Positions 37,015-50,193 of a DNA stretch of 64,000 nt are shown here, one piece after another; within the stretch, counting starts at the first letter, position 1, and each line of letters starts with the position of its first letter. Source of the DNA: Octopus bimaculoides. Lineage: Eukaryota. The notes under the pieces were generated by a model. It was not told the origin of the DNA, ran no database searches, and was given only the letters and a program-made list of their open reading frames with translations. The stretch spans positions 41,745,386-41,809,385 of the forward strand of contig NC_068986.1 in the NCBI RefSeq assembly GCF_001194135.2. The letters run 5' to 3'. The position numbers and the translations under genes were made by a program.

Positions 37015-37460
37015 CTATCTGCAAGAGTCCCTCTTGACGAAAGCACATTCTTAGCTCAACTAAAACCGTATGTTAAAGAATAATCCTTCTCATCAGTACC
37101 AGAAAAGATTTCAATCCCCTACAATTGCTGATGCTCTACAGTGTTCAAGTAATGCCCGATAACAGGATACTGCGTCCACATATGTGACGGTGCTGCAACT
37201 ATGCACTCAGACATCCTGAATTGCATCCAGAAAAGGCCCTTCCGACTAATTGACATTCAGTTACTAACGAGCATACTCCAGTCTCTTGCTTACAAGCTTG
37301 CTGTCTCCTCTTTCTGCCTTTTCTTCCGCAGCTATAATGGCTTATACTCTTTGGAGTTAACCAGTCTGATACCTCCATCACACAGGTTCTCTTACCCAGT
37401 TGTCTGTCTTGGAAAAATACAATTTGGAATATTTACCAGAACTGCGAATATATAAAACGG
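37015..37460 (+). mobile_element. Decayed CR1/L2-group LINE RT C-terminal fragment
   Basis: LMLYSVQVMP..CVHICDGAATMHSDILNCIQKRPFRLI..LQSLAYKLAVSSFCLFFRSYNG.YSLELTSLIPP. Confidence 0.7.
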
Positions 37461-37762
37461 CAACTTTTAGGTTGTCGAAAGAGTGTGTGAACACAATTTT
37501 CCTCACCTCTATCAAAAAAGGTGACATAGGCACAGTATTTTTAGACTTATACAGTGTTTCTCAATCAAACCGATTAGATTTTAATTTTAAATTTGTTTTC
37601 TGGTTGGTTAAATCTAATACATTGTCAAAAAATCGTGTGCATCGTCTCAGCGTTATATCTCTAGGATTGTCTTACTTATAGGACTCAACTCCCTGTGGTG
37701 CTGTAAGGTTGTCGCTTTAGAAGTTCTACAAATTGGTGCCACTTTCTTTCGTTCGTCTACCC

Positions 37763-37764
<2 letters not shown>

Positions 37765-37807
<43 letters not shown>
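37765..37807. repeat. (GA)n microsatellite
   Basis: Read directly from the sequence. Confidence 0.95.
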
Positions 37808-37809
<2 letters not shown>

Positions 37810-38936
37810 ATTCTGTGTTCGTCTTCATCCCGTTTAATATCCGGATTACGCTCCCGTAACGTAGTGGTTCACCTATAGAGCCAATAGAATAAGTGCGAGA
37901 CTTAAAAATATGTACTGGGGTCGATTTGTTTGACTAAACCCTTCAAGGTGGTACCTGACCATAGTCGCAGTCTAGTAACTGAAACAAATAAAAGAATAAA
38001 AGCACAAGTGTCTACATTTAAAACAAAAATCCGTTTGGATGGAGTTACCATTCGAATATTTCAACATTTGTACAATATTAAATTTAAGGTTTTCGTAAAG
38101 AGAAGTATTTGTGAAGAGAAAAGAAACTATTTATGAGCTTCTGTCTGTGTCGGTCTTATATGCTTTTCTCACCCTTTATTTTCATTGCTTTCTTCTGGTT
38201 CAGTTTTCTTTGAACTTTTCCTCCTTACCTCTCTCTCTATCTGTTGTTCTTTCTTCGGTTTTGCTCGCTTTTTCTCTTGTTTCACTTGTACACGACGAGA
38301 GAAGTTTCCAATTTGGTATTACTTCTATATTATAGTCAAATCTCTTTTGAATGATACCTTACCGATTAAAAAAGAAAGAAGATATTAAATAATGTACCAG
38401 GCACTAGATGTACAATAACTGAAGAAAAAAAAAATGTGGAGGTTGTCTCGATTTGGAAAGTCTTTTGTCGTGGATCTGCTCGATCAAGACTGACTTGATA
38501 AGAGACTCACTTTGCATATATATTAATTTGTATGACAAGTATTGTGTAATGTTATGCAGAAATAGGCCTACCTTACTACTCATAAATCGATCAAGCATCT
38601 AAAAAAAAATTGTATACTGTATAGAATACACTATGTATGTAATAGACTGTGGATAATTCGAGGGCTTACCTAGTTTCACCAAATATTCACACAAAGAAGG
38701 AGAGAGAGAGAGAGAAACTTATTCAAATTGACGCTCTTAAAAAAATCCCATCAGATGATGTCATAAAAAATGTTCAAAGTAAACCGTGTTCTGCGTGAGA
38801 AAATACACTAGTATACGAAGTTTCAAACTGTTTAGTTAAAAAAAATAATTAATTAAAAAATCTGCGAGCCACACTAAACAGATCCCGGTATGGTTGGGAA
38901 CCAAGCGTCTTAACACAAGCCAAGCATGTGCCTTAT

Positions 38937-38975
<39 letters not shown>

Positions 38976-38994
38976 ATAGTACCTCGGTTTTCGA

Positions 38995-39940
38995 ACATCT
39001 TGTTTCTTTATTGCCCACACGGGGCCAACATAGAGAGGACAATACAGCCTACTTTGGGGTCAGACACTAAGTGAGATATAAAAATTTACAATGAAATTGA
39101 ATGGAAAATTGGATGGTAACACAAATTCCAAAACAAATTGACAAACATGAAATGAGGCAGGAGAACAAGATTTAGCTCTGACCTCACGAGGCCTGTTCCA
39201 CTACCGACACCTTGTGGTAAGCCTAATGACATGTTCACGCAGTGTCTTTCACATACAGCATTCGTGCTGCACGTGCCGATCCATCTTTGTACATTCTCGC
39301 TGATAGGTATTTCCTCTCCAGCCCGCTCAGAATGCAGCCCGCTCAGAGTGCAGCCCGCTCTAATGTAGCCCTTTTGGCCACATGTATAGCAACGAGGGAT
39401 TCTGCCCTCTACCCGCACTTTCATTATTGTTTCTTCGACTGTCACCATTTCTGCAAGCTTCTCTAAATTTTCTACCTTACTTTGTATTATCATTTCCAAA
39501 ATTTTCCCATGCCAATTAGTGGCTTCCGTTTCTGTGGCCACCTCTTTCTCGCCTCCTAGAAGCACAGCTGTCACCACCCAAGCCTCGTCTATTTCAGGGG
39601 GGATTCCCTCCACCCTGACCTTGGAAGTTCTTCTTCCAAGGTATGTGGGTAGAAGGATTACTCTTTCCGTTTTCATCGATTTTACAGAGTTTTCCTTTGC
39701 TTTTTCTTTGTTCCTGAAGTATCCCTCTATAATACCATATTGGCTTTCTCTGGCAAGATATGCTATGTCTTGCCAGATTGACCTCAACGCCTTTTCAATT
39801 TCGTCTGTCGGTTCATTTACCAATCTTTTCTCCTTGATAGAATAGACTTTATACACATTGATTTGCCCGGGGTGTTAAGGTGGTCCTGCTTGTAGCACCT
39901 TATTCAGTGTGTTGGGCGCTCGAAAAAAGGGGTGAGAATT
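38995..39940 (-). mobile_element. Internally deleted Tx1/L1-like LINE: ORF1-like coding region with zinc knuckle joined to the element's 3' tail
   Basis: ORF 39086-39856 has KVRVEGIPP and VRVEGRIPRCYTCGQKGYIRAGC (CX2CX4[H>Y]X4C at 39350-39391). A 16-bp triple repeat lies at 39319-39365, and the tail ends GTGGGCAATAAAGAAAC (AATAAA at 39007-39012). No RT or endonuclease is present. Confidence 0.7.
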
Positions 39941-40464
39941 AAAATCTGTGAGAGATGAAAAATTCGCAAGTACGAGCAATAAATGAAATTATATGAAATG
40001 GTATCAGAAAGAATTGAAACCTTCTCTACCTCACTTCTCTGTCTTCGCAACCATTTATAATCTCTTATTACACAAAAGGTAATTGTTATCTATTCATCAG
40101 TCTATCGCTGAAGGTGTGGTAGATTAAACACTGCGTTGTTTTCCATATTACATTACTGTCACACTGAAAGAAAAAAAGTAAAATGAGATAAATCAAACCT
40201 GTCCTAAGTCGTTCCTGGCGCTATTGGTTGGCAACATTAATTTAGTATTTGTGGTGGTTGTGTGTATATATTTCTCTCTCTCTCTCTCCCCCCTCTCTCT
40301 CCATACATATGTATGTATGTATGTATGGATGTATGTATGTATGTATGTACATATATGGAGTTGTAAGCTTCATAACGAATTTTCCCGGGGACTGAAATAC
40401 GAACCTTTCTGGTGCATTGATATTATCTTTTCGTAATGTAAATAGGACACAAATATTTCTTCGT

Positions 40465-40491
40465 TTTTCTCTCTCTTTCACGCTCTCTCTT

Positions 40492-40534
<43 letters not shown>

Positions 40535-40555
40535 ATCTCTCTCTCTTTCTCTCTA

Positions 40556-40624
<69 letters not shown>

Positions 40625-40625
40625 C
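40465..40625. repeat. (CT)-rich polypyrimidine microsatellite
   Basis: Read directly from the sequence; a similar tract lies at 22826-22930. Confidence 0.95.
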
Positions 40626-40949
40626 CCTCTGTCTCTTGCTATTTCTCTTGATATTTAATATTGTGTACGTATGTGTATCGCACACGGACACAAGCGTAAG
40701 TGTCGCACTTTAATTCTTTTTATTTATTGACGAGAGACCCTTTAGGTAGCGGCTCGTCCTGCTAGAAATATCAGCCTGATTCCCTTAAATCTCGGTCTGA
40801 AGTCTTACAAAATGGCAGGACATACTGAACAAAGTCTTAGATGTACAAAAGTCCGGATGATCACGATTTTGAGTTTTAGGTCTCTTCAATCAAGGTTGAC
40901 TTTCTTTTTTTTGCTCCTTTTATTGGCCCAATCACTAGTCCCCTCTGTA

Positions 40950-41200
40950 AGGGTGCGCGGCTTAATGGTTATGGTGTTGCATTCCTGATCGCGAGATCGT
41001 GGTTTCGATCTACAGACTGAGTGATACGTTGTGTTCGTGAGTTAAACACTGATTCATGTTGTTCTGCGATCACTTTGGCATCTGACTGGAGTACACTGTG
41101 CATCCGTACAAGCAATGTCGATTTGATGGAGGGAGGGAGATAATGTACTGCACAAGCATTTGATCGCCATAAACTAATCATCTGTGATGCAAGAAGTTAC
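40950..41200 (+). mobile_element. SINE family D (tRNA head with V-SINE-like GTTGTGTTCTTGAGCAAAACACTT core)
   Basis: A box GGCTTAATGG and B box GTTTCGATC; related copies at 51518-51745, 58297-58575, 63644-63830 and about 48900-48960. Confidence 0.7.
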
Positions 41201-42394
41201 AAAGCTTTCGTCTGTCGTCTACCATAGAGTCCTCGCTTCTGGAGGGTGATATTGTGGCCACAAATCTTTCTGATGCTGATAAAATCGTAATGAGACTAAA
41301 CTATTGTTCCCTTTTGCATTCACATTCATGTATATAATCAGTCCCACTGTGAGGTGCTTTGGGCAATTGTGTGCCACTATAGACCCAGACTGACTGTGTG
41401 TGTGTGTGTGTGCAACACTATTCGTGTAGAAAACTTGCCTCACGAATAGTGCTGCGCGCGCGATGGGCTTCCACACAATGTCTGTCTACCAAGTTTTCTT
41501 GCAAGGCATTACTCAGCTTGGGTCTGTGGTAGCAGACATTTACCCAAAGCACCCCACACAGTGGGACTGAACCTGAAACCACGTGGTTGCAAAGCGAGCT
41601 TCATAACCATGCAGCCATGCTTATGGCTCTAGATGAAGGTGCATTATAAAAATATTCGCTGTGTCTATTTAAGTTGAGCATCTGTATTCACTTAAATGTT
41701 TTGTCCTGATAAAACAAAAACTGTTTGTTTAAAAATATGCAAATTCTACCTTTTTAAAGAGAGATGTTTATTGAAAAAGATATTACCACTTTGATTAAGT
41801 CATAAAACTATGTAGATGTTCCTGTGCTTGTTTGACAAGTTTATAAGTTTGTTTAAGAGTTACTAATTTATGCTGTGAATGTTTATCACAAAAATGAAGC
41901 GTTATATATTGTTACCCACTTTCTTTACTCAAGTTTTATAAATAAATTAAATAAATAGCTTTATAACTAAGGATTAAAATTTCTGATAGTCCGTGTTTGG
42001 TATTCTTTACATATATAGTAAGTCTCTGTTAGTAAAGTAGTTATTGTTGCTAAGCACCTCAGCTTACAAAGTATGTATACCATTTGTTCATTTAATGTCT
42101 ACTTTTCTATACTAACATGTTTTGAGTAGGAATTGATTAGGAGACAAATTCTATGGCTGGATGCTCTTCTTGTTGCCAACCTTCACCTGTTTTTTTTTGT
42201 TTTTTTGAAGCAAGAAGAGATTTTTATATTCCACAGAGCTTTGAAAGTGAACAGCAAACTGGCCACAATCTCAGCATTAACATTACTTCACTCAATGACA
42301 AACAAATGTCAACATTCACATAATTCCACCCATATACATGTGCATGTTTGCATATACATACATACATTGATTTATGTATATGCATACAGATATG

Positions 42395-42695
42395 TATGGA
42401 AGACAGTAGTGCTCAAATAATAATTCAAACTTAGACTCTGATATCTTTATAGGGGATCAATTCCACGGGATAAAGAATGGGTATAAGAGGAATCAAGTTG
42501 AGCAGATATGGAGGCAATTATGCAGATAAACAAATTAGATATGTTAAACATAACAGTCTGTTTATCCATGTAATTGCTTCCATATCTGCTCAACTTAATC
42601 CCTCTTGTAGTCATTCTTTACCCAGTGGAATTGATCCCCCTAAAGACATTGGAATCTAAGTTTGAATCATTCGAGCGCTACTAAGTGTCTTCTAT
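42395..42695. repeat. Long fold-back hairpin (arms of about 135 bp, 26-nt loop)
   Basis: 42427-42532 and 42559-42664 are highly similar reverse complements (e.g. AAGTTGAGCAGATATGGA / TCCATATCTGCTCAACTT), and the match extends outward with small indels. Confidence 0.9.
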
Positions 42696-43356
42696 ATTGA
42701 GAATCTCTGGATCTCATCTGTTGAATATATAGAGATATGTACGTATGTATGTGTGTATATATATGATGGACTAATACAAGTTTTATTTACTGAATTCAGA
42801 CAGGATATTGGTTGGCTTAGGGTGATAGTAAAAGATGCTTGCCCAAGGTGCCGCACAGTAAAGCTGAACCTGATATCACCTGGTTGCAAAGTGAACATCT
42901 TAATCATATACCTTCATAATAGGCTTTTCTCAAAGTTTCCATCTACCAAATTCACTCACAAGGCATTGGTGTGCTTGGAGCTATAACAGAAGACACTTGC
43001 CCAAGATGCCACACAGTGGGACTGAACACAGAGAAGGCATTAAGTGTGCCTGGGGCTACAGTTGAAGATACTTTTCTGAGGTGCTATGTAGTGGGGCTGA
43101 ACCCTGATCTACATCATTGTGAAACAAACTTCTTAACCATATAGCCATACCTGTGCCTGACAGCAATATTTGAAATCTATTCTCAAATAAGGTATTTTTG
43201 TGAGCCACCAGAGAGCAACCACTTTTATTTGGGTCAGGGAAACATTATAGCCAAGTACTTATTTCCTTTGTATATCTAAATGCACTGTCTGTATAGTGTG
43301 ATCTGATGTAGAATGCTTTGTTTAGTCTACACATATATCGATGTTTGTGTTTGTCA

Positions 43357-43389
<33 letters not shown>

Positions 43390-45973
43390 CATACATCATC
43401 TAGCTGTTGGTGACTTATCTTATTGTTTCTATTGTCCCTCTTTATGATATTGTTTATCCATAGACCAGCTCTTATTGAGCAGATCTATGATCAAAAACAT
43501 TCCAACTATATCCATCAGATGGTTTTTTTTTCATAACATAGTGTAACTAGAATAATATTATGTAGTTTCTGTTCCTTTTTAAAGATGTTAGAATGTGATT
43601 TGAGGAAAATTTAGTTGTTATTTCTAGCAAGCCAAGTGACAATGTAGAAGTTCCACTTGGCTTTTTACTCATTGGTAGATTTAGAAGCGGCAGTAAAATT
43701 ACATGGCTTGTTGTAGTTTAGACCTAACTCTATCCTAATCAAATAGTCCAATACTCAAAATCTTTTCAACTGTGCCCACCCTGTATTTTTTTTTTTTTGC
43801 ATATCTAAGACTACAATATTTAATTTATTCTGCCATCTTTTTTTTAGAATGATAAAGTGTGATATGAAAGAAATTGGTTACTACTTATAACAGGCAAACC
43901 GTATGATTCCAGAGGGCCAGGTGACCAGAGACTCCTGGTCAATGGGAAATCTGGCACTGGCTACAAGATAATGCATGATTAATTCAAAACAATGTGAATG
44001 AATAAGCATTACATTTGACAGAATGATTTGAATGCTAAAGAGTTGAGCATTTGGGGAATTGTCTGTTGGAGGTTACAAAAACATCACAGATGTTGAAAGG
44101 ATGTTATTTAAAAATATATCTCCAAGGTTGGCAAGATTTAGATATAACAATAAAGGGGATATGATATTTAATAGTGTTTCCCATGCATGCTTTAGTCAGA
44201 TAGAGTTTGAGGCAGATTTTCTATGGTCATCTGACCTTCCTCCCACCAGCCTTCACCTGATTTCAAGCAAGGTAATATTTCCCCATGGTCTGATATGTTC
44301 TTGTAGAATACAGAAAATGAATGAAACTCATCTACTTCTATTATGCAATGTCAAAACTAGGAGATGCATGCATGCACATGCATGTGTACACTTCTTTCAG
44401 TTTCTGTCTACCAAATACATTTGAAAGGCTAAATTTAGACTTTTGATGAAGAGACTTGACCAACGTGCCATACAGTTGGGCTGAACCTGAAGCCATATGG
44501 TTTGAAAGCAAATTTCTTACCACACAGCCATTCATATGCCGATATATATATATATATAATCTGTATACACACGTACATACAAGATACTTTGTTTATCAGA
44601 TTTTTTGTTTGTTATTATTGAACATATAGGAAACAGTATTTTATGCAAAACTTAAAATATACTTTGATCTTATAGAAAATTTCTAATTATAAGAAACCTC
44701 CAGGCATTTTGGGCAGGATTTTAGATTTCAGAGTACAGGAAATGAAAGAGAAACTGATAGCATCACCACCGGAATAAGATTAAAATGACTGACATAATAG
44801 TGTTGTTCTGGATAAAAGTGTTCAAAAAAAGGATTTGCACAAGTTTTTCTAACAAAGAAAATGTTTTCATGTCACCTGGGCACTCATAAATGAAGGGATT
44901 TTTAATTAATGTCTTGCTTGGAAAGTTAAAAGCTTTGATATTCTCAGGTTGTTAATAACTTTATGGATTTATGTATAACTTTTTAGGACTAAATATCATT
45001 TCTATATGTGAAGAGAACACTTGGTAATCTTACAATCTAAAAGCTAGTATATTTTCTGGAAAATAATAACAAAGGAAGTTAATGTTAGTTTAGCCATATG
45101 TTAGCCTTAGTCAAGTAGACATTCCATTCATGGTCATCCTGCCTTTTTACTTATTTCCTTTAACTGTGTGTTTAAGTAATTCATTTCACAACATGGCTTT
45201 GGGTTTGATTACACAGCACATCTCTTTATAAGCCAGTGTCTTTTATTTTCATCTGAGGTTGACCAATGCCTTGTGCATGAAATTTTGTAAGCAGAAACTG
45301 TACTGAAGCCCATCATGTGTGCATGTATATTTGTATATATGTATGGTAGAAGACAAAGTTGATTTTATATACATGAATGCAATGTCAGCATTGCTTTCAT
45401 ACTTTCAGGGTTTATGAAAAAAATGGTAACGATACAATGTTGTGGATTGTTGTAACAGTGAGAACACTGAACTGGGTACCTTGCAGTATGTATTCTGTGT
45501 TCTGGCTCTTGGTGTTCTGAGTTCACACCCTGCCTTGTCCGTTGTGTGTGTGTGTCTGTCTGTCTATGAGACTGTACATGTGAATTGATGATTTGAAGGA
45601 GATTTGGCTGATATTTCTGGCAGATTATATAACTGTAGAGGAACCCTTGTTAGTTTTAGTAGCAGATGTTTGATGATGTACGATAAAACTGTTAAACCTG
45701 AACTGTATTTGTTTAATGATTTAAAGTCAATGCTTGATTAATATTGTTCAAAAGGCCTTAATTAAATATTTTATTTCTGTTTTTCAGATCAGATATAAAC
45801 TTGATTTCTTCTGACAAATTGTTCCTGATGCTTTAGCAAACAAATTCCTTAATGCATTAATATTTCCCCAATATTAAATGTTATTTCTTCAATATCAAAT
45901 TTTTCATGAAGTTGCATGAAAGTTTGGCACAGAAATTTAATTTGATGACACTTTAACTTGATGATATGCCAGA

Positions 45974-47425
45974 ATGAAAGGATGGCTTTATGTGGAAGAG
46001 ATAGAAAATGAGGCTTGGTGTATTCTAACTTATGGTTTACTTTTTTGTTACAAGAATAAAGACTGCCAAGAATTAATCAATTCAATAACTTTACAGGACT
46101 GTTCTGTAAAACCATTTGTATATCCAAACACTATTTCTTTTGAGAACAACAACACAGAATCGATTAGCTACCAATTTGCTATTGAAAGGCCAGGAAGAAA
46201 ACACGTCTTTTGTACCAAGAATAGCAATAATTTGAATGAATGGGTTACTGCAATTAAAGAACATATGGATTCAAATACAACAAGATTATGTCCTGGAAAT
46301 TCATGGGTGTCTGATTCTTCTCTGACAGAAGATAAGCGGTCCATGTCGAGCAATGATTTATTCACTATTCAGTATTCATTGAGACCATCTTTGATTGACT
46401 CAAGTAATTCTTGTGACTCTATTCCTTCCTTTGATGAAAATCATTCAACAAAAAATACATTTAGACATAGCACTGGACTACCTAATATTTATGAAGGTTT
46501 TGATGGTAATGACCTGAAGTCAAAATCTCCCTTGACTCAGAAAATTTCTTTATTGTCATCTTGTTCTGATCTTACAGAGTGTTCAGAAAAAACAATTAAA
46601 AGTAATTTAAATAACAAAACAAAAAAGCCAATAAGATTCAGTTTGCGTAGGGTTTTTAGTTGGAAGAAATTGGATAAGGAGAGCTCTGATGTGGAAATGA
46701 CATTATTAAATATTCAGAATATTCACCTGGCAAATCACCTCCAATGTAAACTGCATCACAAATGGAATAAAATGTGGTGTGTAGTAGCCGAGGGGAACTT
46801 TTATTGCTTCAAATCAAATAAGCAGAATGAAAAAATTCAGTTCTTTTTACATCTTACTGATTCACAGTTTAAATATTCTTCTCCTTCACTCAATGGTCAT
46901 ACAGATTCTCAGAAAACATTCCTCATTGAAATAAGCTCACAAAAAAAATTTATTTTGTTGAATGCATCTTCATCAAGTGACCAAGTCTGTTGGATTAACG
47001 CATTGACCAGAGAGAAAGTTTCTGCTTTAAAGACTTCAGATCCACAGAAGATTCTATGCTGTGATGATAATATTTGCTCTTTGTGTTCACATTTCTCCTG
47101 TTCTGATGTACATATCTCAGTAGCTCCTTCAACTGAACTCCCAGATATTCCAGCATCACCAGAGAAATCTGATTACCATTCAATATTATCCTTTAGTGAT
47201 GAAAAGGATCATGGCTATACAACTGCTTCAGATGATTTTGATAACCAAAGTTCAGTTGGTTCTCAAAATGGAATTGGTGAATCTTACACCCCACCATCAC
47301 TTCGAGTCTTGGCTCAGGAAGTTGCTTTAAAGTTGCCTGAAAGTGATACTTTCGCATTTGAAGATAACTTCATCAAAGCCATTCCTGAAAGAAACAATAA
47401 CAACTGGAATACTGATTCCCAAATG
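45974..47425 (+). CDS. Large coding exon of a tandem-PH-domain protein (PH1 about aa 1-97, PH2 about aa 250-348, Ser-rich linker and tail); the gene probably continues in downstream exons
   Basis: 487-codon ORF, the only long non-repetitive ORF in the window. PH hallmarks: KGWL beta1, W-C-x-L/V beta2, LFCYK / FYCFK beta3, and C-terminal helices NEWVTAI (W90) and CWINAL (W340). An in-frame strong donor CAAATG|GTAAGT lies at 47425/47426, 3 codons before the stop. There is a strong acceptor TTTTATTTCTGTTTTTCAG at 45787 and an alternative AG at 45971-45972. Confidence 0.88.
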
Positions 47426-50193
47426 GTAAGTTATTGAATTTTCACTTTCGTGATCTCTTTTTCAGGTTCCAGTGTTTCAGCAAAATGATGTTTGTTTATA
47501 CTTTCTTGGTTCTAATGATATATCAATTAAATTTTCAATTTTTTTTCTTCAGGTAATTTTTTTTTTTTAATGAAAAGAAGCTGAAGGAGCACATATATCA
47601 GAATTCTGTTAATTAGCAAAATACACCATTGCAATATGAATTAATTTAAGAGTCTATTTACTTCTTGTACATCCACCCACAATGGGACAAAAAAAAAAAA
47701 TTGAGGGAACTTCTGGAAATACACTTCACAGTGATAACAGCATTTAACAATAGGGTGTATTCATTCAACACTAGAATGCTGGCAAGGTCTTGCTTTTTTT
47801 TTAAAAAAAATTTCTATAATTTTCTTCCTATTTTAACAAATGATTTCTAAAGAATCTTCTTATATCTAAAAGGTTCCCTTTGTTGGTTTTTGCATTCTCT
47901 GTAAAGATACCTTTAATCATATCACTTGCACCTGTTAAGATCTCTTTCTTTTCCTTTTCCATATTATATGGACGGTAGTGCCCTAGCATGGCCTTAGTTG
48001 TGGTGGCTAAAACACACTAGAAAATTAAAGAACACACAGAAAAGGGGACAAGTTTGTAGAAATCAATTTAGAGATCCCTTCTACTCCACCCCACTCTCTC
48101 ACTCTTTTGTGAGGTAGCTTTACAGTACAAATTCATTAGGTTGTTATTTCATCATCATCAACAGCATTACTACTATCATCACTTTACATTTTCTGACGTT
48201 GCACCACATGCAAAATGTATATGAGTTCAGGGTACCTAACAGGTGTGCTATGATTTGTGTTCAGTAAAGCATATGTAAGTGGAGAATGAACCTTTGTATG
48301 CTGAGAAGGGGAAATGAAAAAATAAAAAAATAAATAAATAAAATCAGATGATGAGAGAAAGATGTTAACAGGTGTTGACCTACCTTAGTTCTTTAAAATA
48401 CTTACGAGTACCTTTAGACTTAAGTTGATACTAAATTTACTTTTTCTGATGTAAAGATGTTGAATCAAACACCAACTTATTTATCATTCATTTTGTCTGT
48501 TTTTTTAATCTATTTTAGCTTGTTTATGTTTTTCTATTAAAATTTTTGGGATATCTATATCGGTTTCATGATATATTATTGGTTTCAATTTTCAGGAATA
48601 AATAGACAAAACAAAAAACCTCTCTACACTTTATGGTGCTCAATTAATAGACTAATTAATTTATGTGAGCATAATAATTTCACTTGAAATCTTAAAGATT
48701 TTATGACTGGTTTTTTCTCTTTTTTTTTTTTGTCTGTAGGAAATATCCTATTTTTATGTTTTCAACATGGAGCTTCTAGTCTTACATTGTACTTCATATA
48801 TTTGATTAGTGACAAATATGAAACTAATGTAAAGGACTTCTAGCTAGACTTATGACTTTATTGTGTCTGATTCATTACTAATAAATGCTTTTAACCTACT
48901 GGTTAAATATGCCGTGTCCTTGAGCAAAACACTTCACATTGCTATAGTCTATTCATCTGCAAAGAGTTCCAGAGAAGGTGCTGATGTCTGCTCATGACTA
49001 CATAGCTGTCTAAAGTATTTAGCAAAACATGGTACATGTTACCAAGCCATACTCATATGCAAGTTATGGTTGGCTACTATTACATGGTCCTAAGTTCAAG
49101 ACTTGTGGTGCTCAACTTTACTTTGCTTTCCACTGGGAGTTGATTAAAGAAATGCTAGGGTCAGATTAATTAGATTCTTCCCACTTCTAATACATACATT
49201 GTTTCGTCTGAATCAAAGTAGAACATTGTGTCTCAGTTACAAAGACATTATTATAATATTCATTCTTGTCTTTATTTACTGTGTACCACATTCAGTTTTA
49301 TATTTAGATAGAAACCTTTAATTTCCTCATGAGGGTTGAACTTTTACTTGTTTAACCAGTATCTTAATGTTTATCATTATTCTCTTTAGAACTAGCAACG
49401 TCTTGCAAGAATATATTCTTCACTATTAAGAACTTATCAAGTAAACAAATATTTCCATTGAATAATTTCTGATTCTGAGAGGTGAATATAAAAAAAAAAA
49501 AAGAATAGAATAAAAGACAAAAAAAAATCAGAAACAAGACAGGATTGACTAGTGAAATAATTATTTGTTTATTTATTATTTTTATTCGTATTGCATTCGA
49601 GAACTTACGTATTGGCCCATTCTCTGTTGACTTTAGGAATGGAAAATCAAATATTAGTTTGCTCCTAAGAATTACTGTGCATAATAATTTGACCTTTTTA
49701 AATCCTGAAGGATTTGCTTTGACAAAGCAACCATATTGTTATATTTCTTAGCATATGTTAATGTTATTTTTTTCACCCCCCCGTTATGACGTGTTATGAT
49801 GGTGAATAGGTTTAAAGCACTATTCTATCACATTGCAGTAAACAAATTTATTGTAAGTCTTGAATTTGGTGTGGTGTTTTTTTGTTTTTTTTTTATACGA
49901 GGCAAGTATATTGTGCTGAGAAGCTTACTGAAAGTGTATATAACAAGAGCTTATGTCCATTCAATGTTGGTTTATGTTTGCTAACTCTTAAGAATTAAGT
50001 ATTAAGAAAAAAGAAAACTGAATGGCTTCTCTAGGGTCATGTCATATGAATAATAATTGGAAGCAAGAAAGATGGAGTATTTTACTAAAAATACTTTTAT
50101 GTACTTGTGACAGAATTTTGAACAGTAAGTTAAATGTCACTATTCTAGTTGTCCAGTACTCAGGGTTTAAAGGGTCTGTAGATAAAGGAAAGT

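Noticed and set aside
46168-47183. Antisense ORFs within the PH exon
   Set aside because: Short shadows of the real coding frame.
47426-47465. Intron from the PH donor to the TTTTTCAG acceptor at 47465
   Set aside because: It would be only 40 nt, shorter than expected for a typical metazoan intron; the real next exon was not identified.
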